From a bacterium (GTDB taxonomy: Bacteria; UBA8248), in contig CBDCRP010000003.1 in assembly GCA_965221165.1 (NCBI GenBank), positions 1,152,001-1,216,000 on the forward strand: DNA of 64,000 nt, written 5' to 3'. The position numbers were made by a program, and so were the translations under genes. The notes under the pieces are model-generated. The model was given only the letters and a program-made list of their open reading frames with translations. It ran no database searches and was not told the origin of the DNA. This document shows positions 26,325 to 36,721 of the stretch, one piece after another (within the stretch, counting starts at the first letter, position 1; every line of letters begins with the position of its first letter).

Positions 26325-26484
26325 GGTTCCGCCATACTCTATCGTGAAGATGCCCCCTCAAGGGGTCAATCCCGACCAAGGCGGGAGGGATTGTGTTGTC
26401 TCCTCCCTCCCCGCCGCGCCGGTTTTCTTCCCAAAATCCAGTCCGGCGCATTCGGAAACCCTTGACTTTACGGCCCAAAGCTGA

Positions 26485-26500
26485 TTGTATGCAATGTACA
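26485..26500. promoter_or_regulatory. Candidate GntR(FCD) operator overlapping the promoter of the decarboxylase operon
   Basis: Near-palindrome TTGTATGCAA plus TGTACA, between TTGACT (26462) and RBS AGGAG. Confidence 0.5.
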
Positions 26501-26516
26501 CTTTAGGAGACGCGCA

Positions 26517-28079
26517 TTGCCGCTCGATCCGAATCGACAAGACCCGATAGATGAACTTAAAGCGCTGACCTCCAAGGCGCGGGCTCTGGGAGGTGAGGCT
26601 GCGAAAGAACGCCAGCACAAGCAGGGGAAGCTGACCGCCAGGGAGCGGATTGGCCTTCTGCTCGACCCCGAGAGTTTTTCGGAAATCAACCTTTTCGTCG
26701 AAACGCGCGCAACGGATTTCGGGATGGATGCGAGGCGGTCGCCGGGGGACGGCGTCGTCACCGGCAGCGGATACGTGAACGGCCAGCTCGTGTTCGTGGC
26801 CTCGCAGGATTTCGGCTCCCTCGGCGGCTCTCTGGGAGAGATGCACGCGGAAAAAATCGTGAAGATGCAGGAACACGCCATGAAGGCGGGCGCGCCCATC
26901 GTCACCATTCTCGATTCGGGCGGCGCGCGCATACAAGAGGGCGTTCTCGCGCTGCACGGCTATGCGCGCATCTTTCAGCGCAACACCCACGCATCGGGCG
27001 TGATTCCCCAGATATCGGTCATTCTCGGCCCCTGCGCGGGCGGGGCCGTCTACTCACCCGCCATCACGGATTTCGTTTTCATGGTCGACGGGTTGAGCAA
27101 GATGTTCATCACCGGGCCGGAAGTCATCAAGGCGGTGACGGGAGAAGACGTATCCGTCGAGGAGTTGGGCGGCGGCGCGGTGCATAGCTCGACGAGCGGG
27201 AACGCGCACTTTCTCGCCAAAGACGAGCGTGAATGTTTCGAGATGGTGAAAAAACTGCTCTCCTTCCTGCCATCGAACAATCTCGACGATCCTCCTCTGT
27301 CCGATGCGCCGGAGTGGCCGCCCGATGAGAACCCCGAACTGGACGGCATCGTCCCGGCGGAGGCCACGAGCGCCTACGACGTTCGGGATTTGGTGACCAA
27401 CGTCTTCGACGACGGAGATTTTCTGGAGGTACATGCGGATTTCGCCAAAAACATCGTCGTCGGGTTCACGCGTTTGAGGGGGAAACCCGTCGGCGTCGTG
27501 GGAAACCAGCCCACGCACCTGGCCGGCGTACTGGACATCGACAGTTCCGACAAGCTCGCCCGCTTCGTACGCTTCTGCGACGCCTTCAACTTACCGCTCA
27601 TCAACTTCGTGGACGTTCCCGGCTATCTGCCCGGCACCCAGCAGGAATACGGCGGCGTCATCCGCCACGGAGCCAAGGTGCTCTTTGCCTACAGCGAGGC
27701 GAACGTGCCGAAAATCGCCTTGATCGTTCGCAAAAGCTATGGCGGCGCTTATATCGCGATGAGCGGGTTCGGTCTGGGCTACGACCGCGTTCTCGCATAT
27801 CCGTTCGCCGAGATCGCCGTGATGGGTCCCGAGGGCGCCGCCAACATCATCTTCCGGCGCGAAATCGGAGAAGCCGAGGACCCCGAAAAAGTCCGACAGG
27901 AGAAGATTGAAGAATACCGCAGGCTTTTCGCCAAACCCTACACGACCGCGAAATACGGGCTCGTAGACGCCGTCATCGAGCCGCGCCATACGAGAGGCGC
28001 GCTCATCCGCGCCCTGGAGATGACCGCGAACAAGCGAGAGGACAGGCCGCAGAAAAAACACGGAAACATTCCGCTGTAA
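26517..28079 (+). CDS. Acyl-CoA carboxyltransferase (methylmalonyl-CoA decarboxylase alpha / PccB-like)
   Basis: DSGGARIQEG, GPCAGGAVYSPA, VDVPGYLPG, KKHGNIPL. Confidence 0.93.
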   Translation: MPLDPNRQDPIDELKALTSKARALGGEAAKERQHKQGKLTARERIGLLLDPESFSEINLFVETRATDFGMDARRSPGDGVVTGSGYVNGQLVFVASQDFGSLGGSLGEMHAEKIVKMQEHAMKAGAPIVTILDSGGARIQEGVLALHGYARIFQRNTHASGVIPQISVILGPCAGGAVYSPAITDFVFMVDGLSKMFITGPEVIKAVTGEDVSVEELGGGAVHSSTSGNAHFLAKDERECFEMVKKLLSFLPSNNLDDPPLSDAPEWPPDENPELDGIVPAEATSAYDVRDLVTNVFDDGDFLEVHADFAKNIVVGFTRLRGKPVGVVGNQPTHLAGVLDIDSSDKLARFVRFCDAFNLPLINFVDVPGYLPGTQQEYGGVIRHGAKVLFAYSEANVPKIALIVRKSYGGAYIAMSGFGLGYDRVLAYPFAEIAVMGPEGAANIIFRREIGEAEDPEKVRQEKIEEYRRLFAKPYTTAKYGLVDAVIEPRHTRGALIRALEMTANKREDRPQKKHGNIPL

Positions 28080-28096
28080 ATAATAAGGATTTCCCC

Positions 28097-28417
28097 GTGG
28101 ATACATTCTTGCCCGGAATCATGCTGACGATCATCGGCATGGGCGTCGTATTCGGTTCCCTGATCGTGCTGATGGTTGTCATCCTGCTTCTGAAGAAATT
28201 CGTCGGCTCAGGGCTTCAGGAAACCGAAGCGGCTGCCGAGGAGGAGAAGACCTCGCCGGAAAGCGGCGATCTGGAAATCGTTCTCGCCGCCGCCGCCGGA
28301 TATTTTCTGGAAACGGACAGTCCCGAGATTCACGTTCCCCCGGTGCGCCGGAATGTAAATTCCATTTGGGCGCGAACCGCCCGCCTGGGCCACTTCGACC
28401 AGCGGAGGCGGCGGTGA
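28097..28417 (+). CDS. Na+-decarboxylase OadG/delta membrane anchor subunit
   Basis: GMGVVFGSLIVL TM, IVLAAAA, C-terminal W..AR. Confidence 0.8.
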   Translation: MDTFLPGIMLTIIGMGVVFGSLIVLMVVILLLKKFVGSGLQETEAAAEEEKTSPESGDLEIVLAAAAGYFLETDSPEIHVPPVRRNVNSIWARTARLGHFDQRRRR

Positions 28418-28821
28418 GAAATTTCCATCTGACCATCAACGGAAAACGCTACGCGGTGAGCGTCGAGCGCGACCCCGGCTCGAACGATCTCGATGTCACG
28501 GTAGACGGCCAAACCCATCGCGTGGGGGTGGAAGAAGAGGAGAAGGCCACCCCCGCCGCTCCCCGTCCATCCGCCGCGCGCAAGCCCTCACCCAAGCCGG
28601 TGAGCACCGGCGGGAGAATACTGGCCCCCTTGCCGGGCGAGGTTTTATCCGTCGAGGTGGCTCCCGGCGATGCGGTGCGCGCCGGGGACACGCTTTTGGT
28701 GCTCGAAGCCATGAAGATGGAAAACGTGATTTCGGCTGATTCCGATTGCACGGTTCAGGCTGTTCACGTGCGCAAAGGCGACAAGGTGGAAGCCTCTCAA
28801 CTGCTGATGGAAATTTCATGA
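28414..28821 (+). CDS. Biotin carboxyl carrier subunit (decarboxylase gamma)
   Basis: GTGA overlap; [11 protein letters not shown], Pro/Ala linker, EAMKMEN. Confidence 0.92.
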   Translation: MRNFHLTINGKRYAVSVERDPGSNDLDVTVDGQTHRVGVEEEEKATPAAPRPSAARKPSPKPVSTGGRILAPLPGEVLSVEVAPGDAVRAGDTLLVLEAMKMENVISADSDCTVQAVHVRKGDKVEASQLLMEIS

Positions 28822-29942
28822 GCCGCTTGTTCTACTCGGTCGCCGATTTCATATCCGTCACCGGATTTTCGTCGCTGGGTTTCGGCGACGTCCTCATGCT
28901 CGGAATCTCCTGCCTCCTGCTATACCTGGCCATCCAGAAGGGTTTCGAGCCCTTGCTCCTGGTGCCCATCGGATTCGGAATGCTGCTCTCGAACCTCCCC
29001 GAAACCGGTATTTTCGACGAGGGCGGCCTCATCCGCTATTTCTACTTCGGGGTGAAGGCCGGCGTGTTTCCGCCCCTGATCTTCATGGGCATCGGCGCGC
29101 TCACGGACTTCGGCCCACTGCTGGCGAATCCCAAGACATTGCTCCTCGGCGCGGCGGCGCAGTTCGGCATCTTCGCCACGCTGCTCGGAAGCATATTCCT
29201 GGGCTTCAACCTCTCCGAAGCCGGCGCCATCGGCATCATCGGCGGCGCGGACGGCCCCACGGCCATCTATACCGCCTCGAAACTGGCGCCTCACCTGCTC
29301 GGCCCCATCGCCGTGGCCGCCTACAGCTATATGGCGCTCGTGCCGCTGATACAGCCCCCCATCATGAAGGCGTTGACCACCGAGGAGGAACGCGCCCGAG
29401 CGATGATGCAGCTCAGAGAAATCGAAAAACCCGTCCGCATCCTCTTCCCCATCATCACGACGCTGCTCACTGGTCTTCTTCTCCCCTCGGCGGCGCCCCT
29501 CATCGGGATGCTCATGCTCGGCAACCTCTTCCGCGAGTGCGGGGTCGTCGAGAGGCTCCTCAAGACCTCCGAGGATGCGCTGCTCAACATGGTGACGATA
29601 TTCCTCGGCGTATCCGTGGGCGCTTCGATGACGGCCGAGAGTTTTCTCAAGTGGGAGACCATCGGCATCCTCTTGCTGGGCTTCATCGCCTTCAGCATCG
29701 GCACGGCCACCGGCGTGATCTTCGGCAAGATAATGGCCGCGTTCAGCAGTACGCCGATCAATCCCCTCATCGGCGCCGCCGGCGTGAGCGCAGTTCCCAT
29801 GGCGGCCCGCGTCGTCCAGAAGGTGGGAGCCGACGAGAATCCGGGCAATTTTCTGCTCATGCACGCGATGGGTCCCAACGTGGCGGGCGTCATCGGCTCG
29901 GCGATTGCGGCCGGCGTGCTGATATCACTCATTCGAACCTGA
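28818..29942 (+). CDS. Na+-translocating decarboxylase beta subunit (OadB/MmdB)
   Basis: [42 protein letters not shown]. Confidence 0.96.
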   Translation: MSRLFYSVADFISVTGFSSLGFGDVLMLGISCLLLYLAIQKGFEPLLLVPIGFGMLLSNLPETGIFDEGGLIRYFYFGVKAGVFPPLIFMGIGALTDFGPLLANPKTLLLGAAAQFGIFATLLGSIFLGFNLSEAGAIGIIGGADGPTAIYTASKLAPHLLGPIAVAAYSYMALVPLIQPPIMKALTTEEERARAMMQLREIEKPVRILFPIITTLLTGLLLPSAAPLIGMLMLGNLFRECGVVERLLKTSEDALLNMVTIFLGVSVGASMTAESFLKWETIGILLLGFIAFSIGTATGVIFGKIMAAFSSTPINPLIGAAGVSAVPMAARVVQKVGADENPGNFLLMHAMGPNVAGVIGSAIAAGVLISLIRT

Positions 29943-29956
29943 TGGAGCGAACCCTT

Positions 29957-31147
29957 ATGTCTGGACCACTGGAAGGTATCCGGGTAGTCGACCTGACGCG
30001 AATTCTCGCAGGTCCTTATTGCACCATGATGCTGGGCGATATGGGTGCCGAAATCATCAAGATCGAAAATCCCGACGGAGGAGACGATACGCGAAGCTGG
30101 GGTCCCCCTTTCCTGAACGGAGTGAGCGCATACTTCATCTCCATTAACCGGAACAAGAAAAGCCTCACGCTCAACTTGAAAGATGAACGCGGAAAGGAGC
30201 TTCTGCGGGATTTGATTCGCAACAGCGACGTGACGGTGGAGAATTTCAGGCCCGGCACCCTGGATAAACTCGGGTTTTCCTGGGAGGAAATCCACCGGAT
30301 CAACCCCGCGATGATATTCGCCTCGCTCTCGGGCTTCGGCCAGACCGGCCCCAGAAAAAGCGAACCCGGCTTCGACGTGGTCATCCAGGGAGAGGGCGGG
30401 CTGATGAGCATCACCGGAGAGCCCGACGGCCCGCCCAACAAGGTGGGCGCATCCGTCGCGGACATCACGGCGGGAATGCTCGCCGCCCAGGGCATTCTGC
30501 TCTCCTTGTATCATCGCGAGAAAACGGGGGTGGGGCAGATGGTCGACGTCGGCATGCTCGACGGGCAGGTGGCCCTGCTCACCTACCATGCGAACGGCTA
30601 CTTCGCGACCGGAAAGGTGCCGCCGAGGCGGGGGAACAAACATCCCTCCATCACGCCTTATGAAACATATTCGTGCAAGGACGGATATTTCAACCTAGGC
30701 GTGGGCAACGACAGCCTGTGGCGAAGATTCTGCGACGCGATGGGGTTGGGGCACATCAAGGAAGACCCCAAATTCGCCGTCAACAAGGACCGGGTGGACA
30801 ACCGCCTGGAGCTGCAGGAGATTCTCGACGCACTCTTCGCCGAGAAGACGGTGGAAGAAACGCTCGAAGCCCTGCGGGGAGCGGGCATTCCGTGCGGCCC
30901 GATCAACAATCTCGCACAGGTGCTGAGCGAACCCCAGGTCCTCGCCCGGGACATGGTGGTGGACCTCGACGTGCCCATCGCCGGCCCAACAAAAGTGACT
31001 GGCGTGCCCATCAAACTCTCCGAAACACCGGGCGCCGTGCGGACTCCTCCGCCCACGCTGGGCCAACACACCGAAGAGGTGCTGGAAACCGTTCTCGGAA
31101 TGGATGAAGCGCAAAGAAACACCCTTCGACAAGAAGGCGTGGTCTGA
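29957..31147 (+). CDS. Family III CoA transferase (CaiB/BaiF)
   Basis: PLEGIRVVDL, LAGPYC, NRNKKS, ENFRPG, D..AG. Confidence 0.95.
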   Translation: MSGPLEGIRVVDLTRILAGPYCTMMLGDMGAEIIKIENPDGGDDTRSWGPPFLNGVSAYFISINRNKKSLTLNLKDERGKELLRDLIRNSDVTVENFRPGTLDKLGFSWEEIHRINPAMIFASLSGFGQTGPRKSEPGFDVVIQGEGGLMSITGEPDGPPNKVGASVADITAGMLAAQGILLSLYHREKTGVGQMVDVGMLDGQVALLTYHANGYFATGKVPPRRGNKHPSITPYETYSCKDGYFNLGVGNDSLWRRFCDAMGLGHIKEDPKFAVNKDRVDNRLELQEILDALFAEKTVEETLEALRGAGIPCGPINNLAQVLSEPQVLARDMVVDLDVPIAGPTKVTGVPIKLSETPGAVRTPPPTLGQHTEEVLETVLGMDEAQRNTLRQEGVV

Positions 31148-31227
31148 GGATCAAGATGGGGACATCTTCTGGGACTTCTCCATCATCGGGCCACTGATGC
31201 GCGATAGGACATTTTCTGGGGATTGAC

Positions 31228-31896
31228 ATGCGAATACCGGGCGTTCAAATCGAAAAACCCAAATCCTTGAGCAAGATGGTGTCGGAGCAGATAAAAGACG
31301 CCATCCTGAGCGGAATCTTTCAGCCCGGAGACAAGCTGGTCGAGACGACGCTGACCGAATCGATGGGCGTAAGCAGAACGCCGCTTCGAGAAGCCTTCCG
31401 GGAACTCGCAGCGGAGGGCTATATCACCGTCGTTCCCCATAAGGGAGCGCATGTAAGCCTCGTGAGCGAGGATGAGGTTTTGGACATCTACGCCATCACC
31501 AGCGTGCTGGAGGGTCTCGCCACGCGCCTCGCGACCCCGAACCTCCAGGAGGGAAGGGCGAGCGAAAAGCTCCATCAGTTTTTCAATCAGTTGAAACAAC
31601 ACCATGAGCGCGGCGAGGTGGATTCCTACTGGGCGGCGAACCGCGATTTTCACCGCCACATCACGAGCGCTTGCGAGAACTCGAGACTTCAGGCGCTCAT
31701 CGGAAACCTCCGGCAGCAAATCATGAAAACCCGCGTGGTGACGCTCCATGCGCCCGGGCGCCTCGACGGCTCCATGGCCGAGCACGAGGAAATACTCCAT
31801 GCCATTCTCGGCGATGACGGGAGAACCGCCGAGCGCCTGGTGATAAGACACCTGGAAATTCAAGGGAAATTCGTGCTGGACCTCATCAAGGGATAA
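31228..31896 (+). CDS. GntR family regulator with FCD domain
   Basis: GVSRTPLREA HTH; NRDFH, EHEEI, H. Confidence 0.93.
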   Translation: MRIPGVQIEKPKSLSKMVSEQIKDAILSGIFQPGDKLVETTLTESMGVSRTPLREAFRELAAEGYITVVPHKGAHVSLVSEDEVLDIYAITSVLEGLATRLATPNLQEGRASEKLHQFFNQLKQHHERGEVDSYWAANRDFHRHITSACENSRLQALIGNLRQQIMKTRVVTLHAPGRLDGSMAEHEEILHAILGDDGRTAERLVIRHLEIQGKFVLDLIKG

Positions 31897-31930
31897 CCTG
31901 AAAAAGCGGGATTTCAGGCGCAGGGAGCGA

Positions 31931-33046
31931 CTAGGAAATCACTTCCCTCGCGCTTAGGTGCTCCATTTGCAGTGCCTCGGCCACTCCCGCGTGCGTAATG
32001 CGCCCTTCGGCTACGTTCAGGCCATCGGCGAGATAGGAGTTGCGCATCACCGCTTCTCTCAGGCCCAGATTGGCCAACTCCAAAGCGTAGGGCAGCACGG
32101 CGTTGGACAACGCGATGGTGCTTGTGCGGGGAACGACTCCCGGCATGTTCGCCACGCCGTAGTGGACGACGCCGTCGATGACATAGGTGGGATCCGAATG
32201 ATAGGTGAGTCGTATTGTCTCCACACAACCGCCCTGGTCCACCGCCACATCCACGATGACGGCGCCCGGGTTCATCTCCCCGAGCATCTCGCGAGAAACC
32301 AGAACGGGCGTGCGCCCACCGGGAACCAAAACGGCGCCGATGACCAAATCCGCCTCGCGGAGAGCCTCCCGAACGGTGAAGCGCGTGGATACCAAAGTCT
32401 TGACCCGCCCGTCGAAAATATCGTCGATATATTCGAGCCGTGCATGGTTGATGTCGAAAACCGTGACGCCCGCGTGCATTCCGACCGCTATTTTCGCCGC
32501 GTTTTTTCCCACGATGCCCGCTCCGAGGATGACAACGTTCCCTCGGGGGACACCCGGCGCTCCGGCAAGCAATACACCACGACCTCCTAAGTTTTTTCCC
32601 AGGTACTTGGCCCCTTCCTGAACGGCCATCCTGCCCGCTATCTCGCTCATGGGCTGCAAAATGGGCAAAACGCCATCGGGCGAACTCACCGTCTCGAACG
32701 CGACGCCATAAGTTCCGCTCTCCACGATCGCACGAGCGAGGGGCCGGCAGGCGGCCAGATGCAAAAAAGCGAATAAAATCTGTCCTTCGCGCATCAGCGA
32801 GAACTCTGATTCCAGGGGCTCCTTGACCTTGACGATCATCTCCCCCTCCGCCCAGAGTTCCTCCGCGGATGAAACGAGGCGCGCGCCCGCAAACTCGTAG
32901 TCCTCATCTGGAATGCCGGCTTCCAGGCCTGCCCCCGTCTCCACCATCACGGTGTGCCCCGCCTCCGAGAGGGCCTCTACGGCGCCGGGCGAGAGGGCGA
33001 CCCTGTATTCATCCTGTTTGATTTCCCTGAGCAGCGCGATTTTCAT
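31931..33046 (-). CDS. ald: Alanine dehydrogenase
   Basis: EIKQDEYRV, VKVKEP, LHLA, PMSEIAG, VDQGG, VANMPG; start ATG 33046. Confidence 0.95.
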   Translation of the reverse strand: MKIALLREIKQDEYRVALSPGAVEALSEAGHTVMVETGAGLEAGIPDEDYEFAGARLVSSAEELWAEGEMIVKVKEPLESEFSLMREGQILFAFLHLAACRPLARAIVESGTYGVAFETVSSPDGVLPILQPMSEIAGRMAVQEGAKYLGKNLGGRGVLLAGAPGVPRGNVVILGAGIVGKNAAKIAVGMHAGVTVFDINHARLEYIDDIFDGRVKTLVSTRFTVREALREADLVIGAVLVPGGRTPVLVSREMLGEMNPGAVIVDVAVDQGGCVETIRLTYHSDPTYVIDGVVHYGVANMPGVVPRTSTIALSNAVLPYALELANLGLREAVMRNSYLADGLNVAEGRITHAGVAEALQMEHLSAREVIS

Positions 33047-33468
33047 AAACCGCCCATCCCCTCTTCCACGACATGAAACGTACTCTCCGCCTCGGCAACG
33101 GCTTGGCCGTCTTCCTCCCTGGTCGCTTTTCCCTCCAGGACGACGAATCTGCCCTTTTTCTTCTTCAACCTTCCCTCGAGCAACAAGGGGGTGCCGACCG
33201 GAAGAGGGTCCCGATAACGAATTTCGCTTCGCGCCGAGTAGGCGCGAACACCCTTCAGGAAAAGCCAATTCGCCATGACATCATCGAGAACGCTAAAGAC
33301 GATTCCGCCGTGCGTGACGCCGTCGTAGCCCTGATGCACGGACTCCGGCGTAAACTCCGCGCGGCAGACATCGCCATCGAGCCGGAAAGTGATTTTCAGG
33401 CCTATCGGGTTCTCGGACCCACAGACAAAACAACCATCCGCATCCGGACGTCCTCTCGAATCAGACAA
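33043..33468 (-). CDS. PaaI family hot-dog thioesterase
   Basis: CFVCGSENPIGL, HQGYDGVTHGG, LDD. Confidence 0.85.
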   Translation of the reverse strand: MSDSRGRPDADGCFVCGSENPIGLKITFRLDGDVCRAEFTPESVHQGYDGVTHGGIVFSVLDDVMANWLFLKGVRAYSARSEIRYRDPLPVGTPLLLEGRLKKKKGRFVVLEGKATREEDGQAVAEAESTFHVVEEGMGGL

Positions 33469-33499
33469 TGGCGCTTCTCCACTTGATTTCAGGACAAAC

Positions 33500-33529
33500 A
33501 AAAAAGGAGAGCCTCAGCGGCTCTCCTTT
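33500..33529 (-). terminator. Intrinsic terminator of the alpha operon
   Basis: GGAGAGCC/GGCTCTCC hairpin followed by U6 on the minus strand, 23 nt after the rplQ stop. Confidence 0.85.
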
Positions 33530-33552
33530 GAGCGTCTAACATATTTCGCCCT

Positions 33553-33975
33553 CTATCCTTCCCCTTGGGCCTCTCTTTTTTTCAGGCGACGCTCCCGTCT
33601 TTCTTCTTCTCTCGAGGTATCCCTGTCGATCAATTCGAGGAGCGCCATGGGCGCGGCGTCTCCCTGCCTGGGCGGAAGGCGCAGAATACGGGTATAGCCA
33701 CCTGGCCGCTCCGCATACCTCGGGGCGATGGTCTCCATGAGCTTGGCGACAGCGCCCGGTGTCTTGAGATAAGAGGCGACCCGACGCCGCGCATGCAGCG
33801 TGCCTTTCTTGCCCACGGTGATGATGCGCTCGGCGTGGCGGCGAACCTCCTTGGCCTTCGCCAGCGTCGTTCGCACCCTCTCCTCGTCGATGAGAGAAGT
33901 CACCATGTTCCTCGTCATCGCATCCCGATGCTTCGAGGTGCGTCCCAGTTTTCTGCCATGCCATCGATGCCGCAT
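33553..33975 (-). CDS. rplQ: 50S ribosomal protein L17
   Basis: MRHR..GRKLGRT, TTLAKAKE, GGYTRI. Confidence 0.98.
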   Translation of the reverse strand: MRHRWHGRKLGRTSKHRDAMTRNMVTSLIDEERVRTTLAKAKEVRRHAERIITVGKKGTLHARRRVASYLKTPGAVAKLMETIAPRYAERPGGYTRILRLPPRQGDAAPMALLELIDRDTSREEERRERRLKKREAQGEG

Positions 33976-33986
33976 CTTTTTATACC

Positions 33987-35006
33987 CTATCCTTGTTCGG
34001 AATCATCCCGCCCGCTCAATTCGCGCGACGTGAGATTCATATAGCTCAAATCCATTCCCAGGGACAAACCCATTCCCGTAAGGATATCACGAATTTCATT
34101 CAAACTCTTGCGTCCAAAGTTCCTCGTTCTCAGCAACTCGCTTTCTGATTTTTGCACCAATTCGCCCAACGTACGGATCCGCGCGTTTTTCAGGCAGTTA
34201 TAGCTGCGAACCGAAAGCTCCAACTCCTCCACGCTTCTGCCGAGGCTCTCCATTATTCTTTGCCTGCGCTCATCCACCTTGGGCGCCTGGGGCGCACGCT
34301 CTTCTTCAAAGTTGATGAATATCTGAAGGTTGTCCTTCAAAATCTTCGCCGCGTGGGCGACCGCATCCACGGGGGCGATGGTTCCATTCGTCTCCACGTC
34401 GAAAATCAGCTTGTCATAGTCCGTAATATCGCCCACCCGCGTTTTTTCCACCTGAAAGGTGCAGCGGCGGATGGGAGAGAAGATGGCGTCCATCGGGATG
34501 AACTGGGGGCCGAGGGACAAATCCACGTTTTTCTCCGCGGGCACGTAGCCGCGACCGATGTTCGCCACGAGTTCCACGTCGAGTTCCGCCTCATCGTTCA
34601 TGTTGGCGATCTCCAAATCGGGAGTCAGCACCTTCACGCCCGCAGGAGCTTCGATATCTCCCGCCTTGAACGCGCCGGCGGAACCCGAATGCCGGTAATG
34701 CATGTGAACCGGCCAATTTTCCGATTCCACGTCGATGACAACGTCTTTAAGGTTCAGGATAATTTCCGTCACATCTTCCATGACGCCCGGAATGCTCGAA
34801 AACTCATGAAACACGCCCTCGATGCGCACACCCGTGAACGCGGCCCCTGGCAGTGAAGACAAAATCACTCGACGAAGCGCATTACCCAGCGTAACGCCAT
34901 ACCCGCGCTCCAGCGGCTCGGCGATAAAGCGGCCGAAAGTATCGGTCAAACTCTCCGGCTGCGGTTCCAGGCCCGTGGGTTTGACCAGCTCAGCAATAGC
35001 TGTCAT
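33987..35006 (-). CDS. rpoA: RNA polymerase alpha
   Basis: EPLERGYGVTLGNALRR, LSVRSYNCLK. Confidence 0.98.
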   Translation of the reverse strand: MTAIAELVKPTGLEPQPESLTDTFGRFIAEPLERGYGVTLGNALRRVILSSLPGAAFTGVRIEGVFHEFSSIPGVMEDVTEIILNLKDVVIDVESENWPVHMHYRHSGSAGAFKAGDIEAPAGVKVLTPDLEIANMNDEAELDVELVANIGRGYVPAEKNVDLSLGPQFIPMDAIFSPIRRCTFQVEKTRVGDITDYDKLIFDVETNGTIAPVDAVAHAAKILKDNLQIFINFEEERAPQAPKVDERRQRIMESLGRSVEELELSVRSYNCLKNARIRTLGELVQKSESELLRTRNFGRKSLNEIRDILTGMGLSLGMDLSYMNLTSRELSGRDDSEQG

Positions 35007-35073
35007 TTCTATTGGTCCTCCGTTCGGCGGTTGACCACTTTTTGAAACAAGTTGGTCGAAACACGCTCGTCAT

Positions 35074-35706
35074 TTATTTGGAATACAGTTCCACTATTTG
35101 TTGCGCGTTGATGTCAACCTGGGAGTCAAGCAAACTGGGCGGCTCCAGGACACGCGCTTGCAGATCCGCATGGTCCACATCCAGCCAGGCGGGAGCGCCA
35201 CGCACCTTCCCCTTCTCCGCGCTTTGCACAACCAGCGAATTTTTCTTGCTTTTCTCTTTTATTTCGACGACATCACCCTTTCTCACGACGAACGCCGGGC
35301 GATTCACCTTCTTGCCATTCACCCGAATGTGGTTGTGAATCACCAGTTGACGCGCCTGATTGCGCGAATCTGCAAAGCTCGCCCGGAATACGACGTTATC
35401 GAGCCGGGATTCGAGCAGTGAAAAAAGGTTGTCGCCGGTGACGCCTTTGCGCCGCGCCGCTTCTTTGTAATAAAGCCGAAACTGTTTTTCCAGCACGCCG
35501 TACACCCGGCGCGCCTTTTGTTTCTCACGAAGCTGAAGCCCGTATTCGCTCACCTTTCCCCGCGAACGCGCCGCCCCATGCTGCCCCGGCGGAAAGCTCC
35601 GCTTCTCGAAAGAGCATTTATCCCCGATGCAGCGATCGCCCTTCAAGAAGAGCTTCATCCCTTCCCTTCGGCAAAGCCGACAAACCGAATCCTTATATCG
35701 CGCCAA
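35074..35706 (-). CDS. rpsD: 30S ribosomal protein S4
   Basis: [25 protein letters not shown]. Confidence 0.98.
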   Translation of the reverse strand: MARYKDSVCRLCRREGMKLFLKGDRCIGDKCSFEKRSFPPGQHGAARSRGKVSEYGLQLREKQKARRVYGVLEKQFRLYYKEAARRKGVTGDNLFSLLESRLDNVVFRASFADSRNQARQLVIHNHIRVNGKKVNRPAFVVRKGDVVEIKEKSKKNSLVVQSAEKGKVRGAPAWLDVDHADLQARVLEPPSLLDSQVDINAQQIVELYSK

Positions 35707-35732
35707 AATTCAAACTCCCTTTTCGCCTTGAC

Positions 35733-36134
35733 CTAGACCCGACGCCGTTTGCGTGGACGGCATCCATTATGGGGAATAGGCGTCACGTCACGAATGAGAC
35801 TCACCTCGAGCCCCGCCGCGGCCAGCGAGCGAATTGCCGCTTCGCGGCCGGAACCGGGTCCACTCACGTATACCTCCACCGAAGTCACGCCAAGATCCAA
35901 CGCTTTTTTGGCGACATCCGCGGCGGCCATCTGCGCAGCGAAAGGCGTGCTCTTGCGGGAACCCTTGAAGCCCTGCCCCCCGGCCGTCGACCAACAAACC
36001 ACGTTCCCTCCCGTGTCGGAAATCGAGATCATGGTGTTGTTGAAAGTCGCCAAAATGTGAGCCTGGCCCTTACCAATGGCTCTCCGTTCGCGGCGGCGTT
36101 TTCCACCGCGTTTTCCTCTGCCCGCTTGCGCCAA
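35733..36134 (-). CDS. rpsK: 30S ribosomal protein S11
   Basis: [19 protein letters not shown]. Confidence 0.98.
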   Translation of the reverse strand: MAQAGRGKRGGKRRRERRAIGKGQAHILATFNNTMISISDTGGNVVCWSTAGGQGFKGSRKSTPFAAQMAAADVAKKALDLGVTSVEVYVSGPGSGREAAIRSLAAAGLEVSLIRDVTPIPHNGCRPRKRRRV

Positions 36135-36172
36135 CTGAAATCTCCTACCCTATAAGAGGCGAAATAAAAAAA

Positions 36173-36547
36173 TCAGCTATCCTTTTTCCTTGCGCCCACC
36201 GTCTTGCGCGGCCCCTTGCGGGTGCGCGCGTTCGTGTGCGTCCTTTGCCCGCGAACGGGGAGGCCACGGCGGTGCCGAAGCCCCCTGTAGGTGCCGATGT
36301 CCATCAATCTCTTGATGTTCATGGTCACCCGGCTCCTCAAGTCCCCCTCCACCGCATAGCTACGCTCGATAATCTCACGCAAGGTCTGCACCTCGGGCTC
36401 GGAGAGGTCCTTCACCTTGGAGAAGGCATTGATTTTCGCTTCTTCCACTATCTTGTTCGCGGAAGTCCGCCCGATTCCATAGATATACGTCAAAGCGATG
36501 TTGATGTTCTTATCGTTGGGAATATCCACTCCGGCAATACGGGCCAT
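36173..36547 (-). CDS. rpsM: 30S ribosomal protein S13
   Basis: [16 protein letters not shown]. Confidence 0.98.
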   Translation of the reverse strand: MARIAGVDIPNDKNINIALTYIYGIGRTSANKIVEEAKINAFSKVKDLSEPEVQTLREIIERSYAVEGDLRSRVTMNIKRLMDIGTYRGLRHRRGLPVRGQRTHTNARTRKGPRKTVGARKKDS

Positions 36548-36578
36548 TCGCGTTCTCCTTTATTTCTTTTTCGCCGCC

Positions 36579-36692
36579 TCAGCCTTGGCGCTGTTTGTGC
36601 TTCGGGTTCGAACACAAGACGCGCACGACACCTTTTCGGCGGATGACCTTACACTTATCACACATTGGTTTCACGGAACTTCTCACCTTCAT
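36579..36692 (-). CDS. rpmJ: 50S ribosomal protein L36, absent from ORF track
   Basis: [37 protein letters not shown]. Confidence 0.97.
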   Translation of the reverse strand: MKVRSSVKPMCDKCKVIRRKGVVRVLCSNPKHKQRQG

Positions 36693-36721
36693 GGCCTGAC
36701 TCCAAATTTCACCCGAAACAT

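Noticed and set aside
29537-29956. 140-aa N-terminal extension of the CoA transferase in the track
   Set aside because: It overlaps the decarboxylase beta gene; the family N-terminus MSGPLEGIRV starts at 29957 after a GGAG RBS.
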